Source: Candidatus Electronema aureum (GTDB taxonomy: Bacteria; Desulfobacterota; Desulfobulbia; Desulfobulbales; Desulfobulbaceae). From it: a stretch of 32,000 nucleotides of DNA. This document shows positions 19,561 through 27,322 of this stretch, piece after piece. The position numbers were made by a program, and so were the translations under genes. Numbering within the stretch: position 1 is the first letter of the stretch; the number at the start of each line of letters is the position of its first letter. The notes beneath the pieces were generated by a model, which made no database searches, was not told the origin of the DNA, and saw nothing but the letters and a program-made list of their open reading frames with translations. Where the stretch lies: the NCBI GenBank assembly GCA_004284765.1, contig NQJD01000016.1, forward strand, positions 22,597 through 54,596. The letters are read 5' to 3'.

Positions 19561-20250
19561 ATGTCAAAAAAGCATACCAGCAATGAGTTGATATCTAACT
19601 TTCCAGACTGGAACAATTTAATTGATAAATATATTTATGTTGAATGTCAAGTAGAACAAATGGGAGATGATCTGAAAATAGATATCAATAATATGCTTGC
19701 AGATATTATTTTTCACTTTGCATCTTGTGTAAAAGTTAAAGATGGGTGGGAAATTGCGACATCTACGTCTCATGGCAGATTTTCTTTGTTTTCTTTAGTT
19801 AGATCAAAAAAACTATGCACTGAGATTAGGTTTGGTATTGATCAAGATGAATTTTACATGACTTCAAATTTTGCAGCTGCACCATATCTCAAAAACATGG
19901 ATGATGCCTTTTGGGTTGATATGTTAAGTCTCTTGAGTCTTGGAAGATTCGAATTTATAGAAGATGCCGCCCCTCAAATGAACAAAAAGAGTGAGGCGGA
20001 TAAAATCATGCGACATAACAAGAGTCAACTATTCAGGTTGATCAGGAATTACTTATTTCTTGAGATCACAGAAGGAGATACGGCAGATTTAGGTAAAATA
20101 GAATTATATTGGCCGATTAAAACACCGTTGCTTACAATATTACAAAATGGAGCGACAGCGTTCGAAAAAATATATCGAATCAATTATGCGCTATATCGAG
20201 CAGAATACTTGTGTTTCCGCAATGAAGTTAGGAAGAGCCAAAATAGATAG
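19561..20250 (+). CDS. AT-rich orphan protein (229 aa) inserted between livH and livM
   Basis: GGAGG lies 4 nt before the ATG. A clean 229-codon ORF sits in strongly AT-rich DNA, where random ORFs of this length are unlikely. No motif recognised. GC is visibly far below that of the flanking liv genes. Confidence 0.65.
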   Translation: MSKKHTSNELISNFPDWNNLIDKYIYVECQVEQMGDDLKIDINNMLADIIFHFASCVKVKDGWEIATSTSHGRFSLFSLVRSKKLCTEIRFGIDQDEFYMTSNFAAAPYLKNMDDAFWVDMLSLLSLGRFEFIEDAAPQMNKKSEADKIMRHNKSQLFRLIRNYLFLEITEGDTADLGKIELYWPIKTPLLTILQNGATAFEKIYRINYALYRAEYLCFRNEVRKSQNR

Positions 20251-20304
20251 AAACGCATATCTGCTCACCGTACTTATAGACCAAGAACCCATTAGTCTCA
20301 ACTC

Positions 20305-21582
20305 ATGCACCTACTCCGCAAACTCCTGAACCTCTTCTCCCCCATCCCGCTCTCTGGCTGGCTCCTCGGTGCCTTTGCAGCGGTGCTACTGGAATATTAC
20401 CTCGGCGATGCGATTTCCTATTACCTCTATCTGCCCAAGATACCGGTGCTTTTCGGCACGCTGGTGGTGCTGAAAAGCCCGCAGCTCATTCCCGGCGTGA
20501 TCGGCTATGACCTGCTGATTTACATCCTGCCCATCCTGCTGGTCGCCCGGCTTTCTGCGCCATTGACCAACCGCATCGCCGCGCTGCTGGAGAAGCTGCC
20601 GACTTGGGCCGCCACGCTGCTGCATCTGGCCGCCTTCTACGGCATCCTCCACCTCTGGGCGGGCATCAGCGACTACCGGGTGCTGGTGGTCAAGCTGATC
20701 CTCATCTCGATCATCCTCACCCTCAGCCTGAACATCATCAACGGCTGGCAGGGCGAGTTTTCCTGCTCGCATCCGGGCTTCATGGCCTTGGGCGCATACA
20801 CCTCGTCCTTCCTCACCCTCCGCCTGTTCAGCGGCAGCCATGCCTTGCTCAGTCCTGCCCTCGGCCCGTGGCTCTTCCCGCTGATTCTCATCGCAGGAGG
20901 TGCCGCTGCTGCGCTCGGCTCGCTGATTGTCGCCATCCCCTCCTTCCGCACCCGTGGCGACTACTTAGCCGTCATCTCGTTAGCCTTCATGTTTATGGTC
21001 AAGAGCGCGATTGAGAACATGGAGTTCCTCGGCGGGCCGCGTGGTCTGAGCAGTCAGCCCGACTACTCCTCCCTGCCGGTGATCTTCGCGTGGACAAGCC
21101 TCTGTATCTGGATGGTGCACAACTTCACCACGTCCATCATGGGCAAGGCCCTGAACGCGGTGCGCGACAACGAGGCCGCAGCCAGCTCAATGACCGTCAA
21201 CACCCGCAAGACCAAGATGACCGCCTTCATGTTCGGCGCATTCTGGGCAGGCGTGGCAGGCGGCCTCTTCGCGCATGTGCTGCGCTACATCAATCCGGGC
21301 AGCTTCGGCATTCAGAACTTGGCCGAGATGCTGGCAATGGTCTATTTCGGCGGCCTAAACTCGATAGCCGGGTCTATCCTTGGCGCGGTCAGCATCAGCG
21401 TTCTCAGCGAAGCCCTGAAGCCGCTGGAGCTGTTCAAGTGGATCATCATCCCCCTAATGCTGATTTTGATCATGATCTACCGCCCGCATGGCCTGATTGC
21501 CTTCACCGAGCTGAATGTCAGGAAGCTGATGCGGGCGAGGAAGCGGGGCGGTGCAGATAATAACCCAAGAGGGACGACATGA
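20305..21582 (+). CDS. livM: branched-chain amino-acid ABC transporter permease, LivM-like
   Basis: 425 aa with a long N-terminal membrane extension, as in LivM. Motifs include NIINGWQGEFSCSHPGFMALGAY and AVRDNEAAASSMTVNTRKTK. Confidence 0.85.
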   Translation: MHLLRKLLNLFSPIPLSGWLLGAFAAVLLEYYLGDAISYYLYLPKIPVLFGTLVVLKSPQLIPGVIGYDLLIYILPILLVARLSAPLTNRIAALLEKLPTWAATLLHLAAFYGILHLWAGISDYRVLVVKLILISIILTLSLNIINGWQGEFSCSHPGFMALGAYTSSFLTLRLFSGSHALLSPALGPWLFPLILIAGGAAAALGSLIVAIPSFRTRGDYLAVISLAFMFMVKSAIENMEFLGGPRGLSSQPDYSSLPVIFAWTSLCIWMVHNFTTSIMGKALNAVRDNEAAASSMTVNTRKTKMTAFMFGAFWAGVAGGLFAHVLRYINPGSFGIQNLAEMLAMVYFGGLNSIAGSILGAVSISVLSEALKPLELFKWIIIPLMLILIMIYRPHGLIAFTELNVRKLMRARKRGGADNNPRGTT

Positions 21583-21764
21583 AATCAACGAGCAAGATCA
21601 GTGCGCCTGAAGCCTTTTACCGTCTCTTTCAAGCATTGCCTGCGAAAGAGCGTTTTGCTGCGGCCAAGTATATATTGGAAGACGAGCAGGTGCGTCATCA
21701 CTTCAAGATCCCGAATGAGATGACCGAACTCATGGAGCCTGAAGATGAAGACGACAACCAGTGA
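21579..21764 (+). CDS. small hypothetical protein (61 aa, acidic C-terminus)
   Basis: The ATG overlaps the livM stop (ATGA). It overlaps the next small ORF by 20 nt. No motif recognised. Confidence 0.4.
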   Translation: MKSTSKISAPEAFYRLFQALPAKERFAAAKYILEDEQVRHHFKIPNEMTELMEPEDEDDNQ

Positions 21765-21933
21765 TCCCATTGTGGATGAAGTGCGCAAGGCGCGTCACGA
21801 TCATGCGGCGCAGCTCGGCTATGACATCAAAGCAATATTCCGCAGCATCAGGGCGCAGCAGCAGTCTTCCGACCGTCAGTATGTGCATTATCCTGCCCGG
21901 CGTGCGGCGGAGGCAGCTTCAGCCCGCTCATAG
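21745..21933 (+). CDS. small conserved-looking hypothetical protein (62 aa)
   Basis: DPIVDEVRKARHDHAAQLGYDIKAIFRSIRAQQQSSDRQYVHYP resembles a widespread small-protein family I recall only as hypothetical. Function unknown. Confidence 0.45.
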   Translation: MKTTTSDPIVDEVRKARHDHAAQLGYDIKAIFRSIRAQQQSSDRQYVHYPARRAAEAASARS

Positions 21934-22080
21934 TTCACCGCCGCTGCTCCAGGTCTGGCTTGACTAAGCAGCGGATGTTCACTCAGTTCTCGCCGAAGAG
22001 TCTCTGCATACAGGACGCGCGCGGACAGATGTCAATTCTTCGAGGCGCAGCTCGATCACCAAATCCACCAGGCAGCGCAT

Positions 22081-24884
22081 ATGCAGCTTCACACTTTTAA
22101 TTCGACATGGAAGGACTGCACCAAAGATTTCTTTCGCATTAAAGAGTATCGTTTCCCTGATGACCTCTGGATGTGCGAAGGCGCGGCGCGGGTTACCGCC
22201 GAAAATCCATTCGCAGTCAGCGGCAGGGAGAAGGTGACTGTCCATCTCATCACGGCAGGAAAATATCGGGAAGGGCAGCTGTATATCTGGACTCCGGGCC
22301 GCGCGGGCCGCTTTGTCTCGTCAAGCAAGGAAGACGAGCATGGGCCTATCTATGATGTTGTTTTGAAAGCGTCGGAGCGTAACCTGTTCCTTTTCAAATT
22401 CTTGGACAAGCATGGCACGTTTGAGCCTGATTACGCCAATCGCCTCTGGGTCGCGCAGGACGGCGGGGAGATATGGGCGCACAGTCAGGCTGCAGCTGTC
22501 AGCATTGCCGCGCCTGTCAAGAAACCGCTGATCGTCTATGTCCTCCAAACAGGTGCCCAGGTGCCTCCGCATCTGCATCTGTGGCAGAACGATTCTGATT
22601 TCGTCACCACCATCGAGGAAAGCGAGCCGTGCCAAGACGGCTGGGCGCGGTTCACGCATGATATATACACCGGGCGCGAGTACTGCTTCATGCTGCGCAG
22701 CCCGGATCTGCCGGGCGAGTGGGAGAGCAAGGAGGCTGAACGGAACATCCTTCTGGATGCGGATGGCGGGCATTGCACCTTTGCCGGCGACAGTGCCAGA
22801 CGCAAACTGGGCAAGGAAGGTGTCTGGACATTGGAAGGAGATAACCAACTGTTCGGCAGGCAGCCGTTTGCAGACAAAAAGATTTGCCTTGAGATTGCGG
22901 CCAGAGACTCCGGCTGCACGCTGGAAACGCCCTTGTTCTTGGATGTCTGGATCAACAGGGCGCGCACGCAACTGCACACCGGACTGACAGCCGACGCGGA
23001 CGGGCACTATCGCTTCCAAACCTTCCCGGAAGTGATCACATCATTCTCGTTCCGCTCTGACAACGCCGCCGAGCAGATAGAACGTCACTGCCTCAAGGCA
23101 GCGGATGATGCAAGCGAGATGCATTGCTATGTGGTGCTGGATCGCGCGGATGTTCTGCCAATGCAGCCTCCGGCTGATCTTTTCAGCAATCCGCCCTTCG
23201 ACATCGAACGGCCAGGCGTGTGGGTTGCCGACGACCATCTCCGCTTTGCTCTGCACTGCCCCAAGGCCGCCGCAGTCGAAGTGGTCGGCGACTGGACCGG
23301 CTGGCAGGATTCGCCGCTGCCCATGCGCTCGACCCTCGACGGCACCTATTGGTGGGCGCAGGTGCCGGTCGCGGATGTCACTGCCGCGCTTGGCGGCTCC
23401 TTTCATGGGGAACGCTACAAGTTCCGGCTTAATCAGGCGCGCTTGGTGCAGGATCCGGCTGCCGACTGGGTGGACAACTCAGATCTGAGCAGTGCCTCAA
23501 GGCTGGTGGATCATCAGGCGTTTGCTTGGCAGGCAGCTGATTGGCAGCGGCCCGGCTGGGAATCTCTCAACATCTACCAGCTTCATCCATCAAGGTTCAG
23601 CAGCCGCGACGGGCAGCACGGTCTTGATGCTGTGACGCGCGAGATGACCGCCCCTGACGGCTATCTCCGCAAGGTCAAGGCGACAGCCGTGCTGCTGATG
23701 CCCACCTGCGAGTTTGCCGGAGACGACAGCTGGGGCTACAATCCTTCGTTCTTCTACTCAGTTGAGTCTGCCTATGGCGGCCCGGACGCGCTCAAGCGGC
23801 TGGTCGATGCCTGTCACCAGCAGGGCAAGGCGGTGCTGATGGATGTGATCTTCAACCATGCCTCGGCTTCAGACAACGTGCTGTGGAGTGTCGCCCCTGA
23901 GAGCTTCTTTGACGGCGACACGGACTGGGGGCCGATGATCAACTTCGACCATCCCCAGGTGCTTCACTTCTTTGAACGCAACTTGACGCACTTCATGCGG
24001 AACTACAGGATCGACGGCTTCCGCTTTGATTTCACCCGCGTTGTCCGCTTCGGCGATCAATGGATAGCCCATGTCAAGCAGCCAGGCTCCGGCGGCGGCT
24101 GGGGCTTCATGCAGCGGCTTCGCGAAGCGGTCCGCCAGGTTGACGGACGCTGCCTGATGATGGCCGAGAACTTGCCCAATGACTGGGATCTCACCTATAA
24201 CAGCGGCCCGATGGACACGCAATGGTGCGATGATTTCCATGACCGCATGGTGGATGCGTGCAGAGGCTGGGACATGATGAACCGCTTGGCGGATGCTGTG
24301 CAGATGACGCACACGGCCTGCACCCGCTGGCATGAGGCAACCAACTATGCCGAGAGTCACGACGAGGTGGGCAATGAGCCGAACCGCATCAGCTCTGTGG
24401 CCGGGCCTGGCCAAGGACTGCGGCGGAGCAAGGTGGCAAGTGCCGCAACGCTCCTGAGCCGGGGCATTCCGCTTTCCTTCATGGGTGCGGAAACGGGCGA
24501 GTGGCGGCAGTTTCACAAGGATGGCGAGCAAGCACTCGATCTCAACTATTATGAACAGGACGGCGCAGCCTGTTGTTTGCGGAACTGGTGGAACCGGCTC
24601 TCCGAGATTCGCCGCAGCAATCCGCGTCTTGAGGGGCCTTCACGCGCGGCGAGGCCAACGATCTGTTCATCCTCCTGAACTTCAGCGGCTGGTCTGGCTG
24701 GCGTTCGCTCGCGGAGCTTAATCTGCCTGATGGGGAGTACAAGGAGCTGCTGAATTCAACCTGGGGAGACTACCGGGTTGAGTGGGAAGACGAACACTCC
24801 AACGGCGGCTGGGATGCTCACATGCACCGTGGCCACTGGTTGAATATCCCCGATTACGGAGTCGTGATGCTGGAGAAACGTTGA
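22081..24884 (+). pseudogene. GH13 alpha-amylase-family enzyme (branching-enzyme/TreZ-like, with a CBM48-like module), frameshifted near its 3' end
   Basis: The four GH13 regions are VLMDVIFNHAS, IDGFRFDFTR, MMAENL and YAESHDEV. A CBM48/E-set-like segment is LRFALHCPKAAAVEVVGDWTGW. The main frame stops at 24678. The expected C-terminal beta-domain (AFTRGEANDLFILLNFSGW...YGVVMLEKR) continues in another frame from 24633 to the stop at 24882-24884. The shift must lie near the GAGGGGCC run at 24631-24638. Confidence 0.75.
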
Positions 24885-24994
24885 TTGGACGTGAAGAGAA
24901 TGGGAGCAGCTCATATGTGGCATCCGCAAAGGTGATCTTTGCGGAAGGTTGCACAACCTCAGCGCATCACCGACAAGGTGAAGGAAGAATATCT

Positions 24995-26011
24995 ATGAAT
25001 CCAGAATTGCTGCCAGACTATTCCACAGAAGGCGAAGAGCAGATCATCAAGGAAATGATCAAGCTGACCATTGGCCTGATGGAGGAATCGCCAGACGGCT
25101 GCCCGCTGCGGGTCCAGCACGCCAAGGCCACGGCCTGTGTCAGAGCAACATTCGAGATTGCTGCGGATATTCCAGCCAGTCTCCGCTATGGGGTGTTCAG
25201 CCAGCCAGGCCGGGTCTTTGAGGCCATTGTCCGCTTCTCCAATGCCCAAGGCACAATCACGCCCGATGGCGACCGAACCGCCAGAGGCTTGGCCATTAAG
25301 CTACTCAATGTTCCTGGGCAGCGGGCAATGGCCAGCGACACGGACAGCAGCCAAGATTTCCTCTTCGTGGATCATCCTGTCTTTCCCTTTCCGAACGCGG
25401 CAGAATACCGGGATGTGATTAAGCACAAGAGCGTGCCGCTGATCGGCGATCTTCTTGCCCTTGCCCATCTTCAGCTCTTTGAACCTGAGCAGCTCAAGAT
25501 CATCAAGGAGATCAGAAAGAAGAGTGTGACCAGCCCCCTCAGCATCACCTACTGGAGCGGTGTGCCGTACTGGCTTGGCGACGCTGCCAGCACGGCAGGG
25601 CAGGCTGTGAAGTATATAGCCGTGCCGCCTGTGCTTGCCGCAGGGCCTGCTGATCCAGAAGAGCTGCCGCCAGACTACCTGAGAGAGGCCGTTGCCAAGC
25701 AGCTTGCTGCCAGCGAAGCCGTCTTTGACTTCAAGGTGCAGAAGCAGGGGGATCCGCTGAAGATGCCGATTGAGAATGCCTCGGTGTATTGGGACGAGCA
25801 GCAGTCAGTGCCTGTTACAGTCGCGACCTTGCGCATCAGCAAGCAGGCGGTCAACAGCAACAGCGAACTGGAGCAGCGTTGCGAAGGAATGTTCTTCAAC
25901 CCGTGGCACGCGCTCAAGGAGCATCGTCCGCTGGGCAGCCTCAACCGTCTGCGCAAGGCAGTGTATGAGGCCAGCTTTGCCGAGCGTGAACGGCGGAAGA
26001 AGGCCTGTTGA
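24995..26011 (+). CDS. catalase-related haem protein (small catalase-like family, 338 aa)
   Basis: ATG at 24995 with GAAGGAAG upstream. Distal-His motif RVQHAK..C.....F, then VRFSNAQG, and proximal-Tyr motif RKAVYEASFAER, as in catalase-fold proteins. The track ORF start at 24782 overlaps the GH13 tail and is rejected. Confidence 0.7.
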   Translation: MNPELLPDYSTEGEEQIIKEMIKLTIGLMEESPDGCPLRVQHAKATACVRATFEIAADIPASLRYGVFSQPGRVFEAIVRFSNAQGTITPDGDRTARGLAIKLLNVPGQRAMASDTDSSQDFLFVDHPVFPFPNAAEYRDVIKHKSVPLIGDLLALAHLQLFEPEQLKIIKEIRKKSVTSPLSITYWSGVPYWLGDAASTAGQAVKYIAVPPVLAAGPADPEELPPDYLREAVAKQLAASEAVFDFKVQKQGDPLKMPIENASVYWDEQQSVPVTVATLRISKQAVNSNSELEQRCEGMFFNPWHALKEHRPLGSLNRLRKAVYEASFAERERRKKAC

Positions 26012-26082
26012 TCACGGAGCTGCAAAGAAAGTGAGCGGCGTTGGTGCTGTGCTGCTGGCAAGGAAGCGGAGCGAAATTTTTC

Positions 26083-26175
26083 AGCGCGATGCTCAAGCCG
26101 CTGGAGCTGTTCAAGTGGATTGCCTTCACGAAGCTGAATGTCAGGAAGCTGATGCGGGCGAAGAAGGGGGGATAA
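26083..26175 (+). pseudogene. remnant of a livM 3' end (second, decayed copy)
   Basis: 26095-26120 is identical to 21418-21443, and 26121-26171 matches 21498-21548 at 47/51. It reads ..LKPLELFKWI/AFTKLNVRKLMRAKKGG* in the livM frame, lacking the 54 nt (18 codons) found at 21444-21497. The ORF track shows the same out-of-frame peptide, AAGAVQVD...AECQEADAGEE, at both places. Confidence 0.8.
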
Positions 26176-26207
26176 CGTAGAGTAAATTTTTTGCACTTTG
26201 ATGAAGA

Positions 26208-26323
26208 TAGGAGTTACGCAGTTGAAATGAGAAATTCAGCTATTACAGATAGTTGTCTTTTTGCCGCCTAAGTCGTCAGTTGAATAAAATCAACTGGTTG
26301 GCGGTCGAACTGCGTAACTCCTA
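26208..26323 (+). mobile_element. 116-bp element with terminal inverted repeats, copy B (MITE-like; a structured RNA is not excluded)
   Basis: Same length, termini and hairpins as 1674-1789. It is flanked by TA on both sides. It lies 32 nt after the livM-remnant stop and 66 nt before the start of the AT-rich 310-aa ORF. Confidence 0.7.
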
Positions 26324-26389
26324 GAAGAATTGCTGCAAACTGGCAATGCAAGTTACATCTGCTTAATTTTAAGCTACATGGAGTCAGTA

Positions 26390-27322
26390 ATGAATCAAAA
26401 TAAAAAAATATTCACTCAAGAATCAGGTGATAATCTTTATATGGATATTCGGAGCGGCACAGATGAACTTTGTTGTGATGCCGTTATATCATGCAAAAAT
26501 GCCAAAGAATTTGTAATCAAGCTTTGGCAAGATTCGGGAAAATTTCTTGATCCAAAATTTCCAGATAAACTTGCCAGTCGATTTCATCAGCATTTTTGGG
26601 AGCTTTATTTGGCAGCTACACTTCATGATGTTGGATTTCCTCTTGTTGAACAAAAGAAAGAAGAGGGACCAGACATTCTTTTGTGCAATAATAGTCAATG
26701 CGTATGGGTAGAAGCAATAGCTGTCACAGCAGGGGATGGCAATGACGCAGTGCCAGCAAATGTATGCGGTCAAGCCAGCCCCGTGCCTGATGAGCAAATC
26801 AGACTTCGCCTAACAAGTGCGTTTAAAGAGAAATTTGAAAAATATCAAAAGTACATAACCAATGGTATTGTTAGCGATAATGATCAATTTATCATAGCGA
26901 TTAATGCAGCTATAGTGCCTTCTGCGCGCTTAGAGCGAGAGTTGCCTTTTATAGTAAGATGTTTGCTTCCGTTCGGTCACGAATTGTTGGAAATTAATCA
27001 ACAAACAATGAAAGCAGTCAACAGAACTCATACATATCAAGGCGAGATAAATAAAAAATCTGGTACAAAAATCCCTGTAACAATATTCCAGCAAGAAAAA
27101 TATGAAGGTATATCTGCTGTTATCTATTCGTGTTCCGATGTGTCGTACAACAATGTTATTTTGGGAGACGATATAGTCGTTGTCCATAATCCATTAGCTC
27201 GCAACCAATTGCCTCACGATTTTATAAAGCGCGGTTCTGAATTTTTTGTCAATTGTCAATTACAATTAGAGCGTATAGAGTACAGATCAATGCCCCAGCA
27301 GGAGTTGTCTGATGCTACTTGA
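26390..27322 (+). CDS. AT-rich orphan protein (310 aa), possible PD-(D/E)xK-like nuclease fold, inserted between the livM remnant and livG
   Basis: I prefer ATG 26390 (GGAG 6 nt upstream) to the track start at 26330. FWELYLAATLHDVGF..EEGPDILLCNNSQCVWVEAIAV has the E..PD..(hydrophobic)xE spacing of restriction-endonuclease-like cores, but no clear Lys. Its last 11 nt overlap the livG start. Confidence 0.6.
   Translation: MNQNKKIFTQESGDNLYMDIRSGTDELCCDAVISCKNAKEFVIKLWQDSGKFLDPKFPDKLASRFHQHFWELYLAATLHDVGFPLVEQKKEEGPDILLCNNSQCVWVEAIAVTAGDGNDAVPANVCGQASPVPDEQIRLRLTSAFKEKFEKYQKYITNGIVSDNDQFIIAINAAIVPSARLERELPFIVRCLLPFGHELLEINQQTMKAVNRTHTYQGEINKKSGTKIPVTIFQQEKYEGISAVIYSCSDVSYNNVILGDDIVVVHNPLARNQLPHDFIKRGSEFFVNCQLQLERIEYRSMPQQELSDAT

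Noticed and set aside
20386-21560. Off-frame and antisense ORFs within livM (151, 136, 92 and 156 aa)
   Set aside because: They are His/Pro/Arg/Gly-rich off-frame translations. Their only value is that the 156-aa one reproduces the same peptide as the 25770..26180 ORF, confirming the livM 3' duplication at the DNA level.
22321-24531. Minus-strand ORFs of 232 aa and 220 aa, and several plus-strand alternates, inside the GH13 gene
   Set aside because: They are antisense or off-frame ORFs typical of high-GC coding DNA. The GH13 conserved regions I-IV are all in the annotated frame.
24782-24994. Upstream 71 codons of the track ORF 24782..26011
   Set aside because: This part overlaps the true C-terminal frame of the GH13 gene and has no catalase-fold similarity. 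The ATG at 24995 has a good RBS and starts the recognisable domain.
26208-26323. The 116-bp element as an integron attC site, a retron msr-msd RNA or a type III antitoxin RNA
   Set aside because: There is no IntI integrase, and the terminal cores do not fit RYYYAAC/GTTRRRY in the attC arrangement. No reverse transcriptase gene is adjacent to either copy. There are no tandem RNA repeats as in ToxI-type antitoxins. A second copy in an unrelated context fits a MITE better.
27155-27190. LGDDIVVV in the 310-aa orphan as a polymerase/reverse-transcriptase motif C
   Set aside because: It is an isolated tetrapeptide. No motif A/B or other polymerase palm features were seen, and the protein is too short and lacks the expected spacing.
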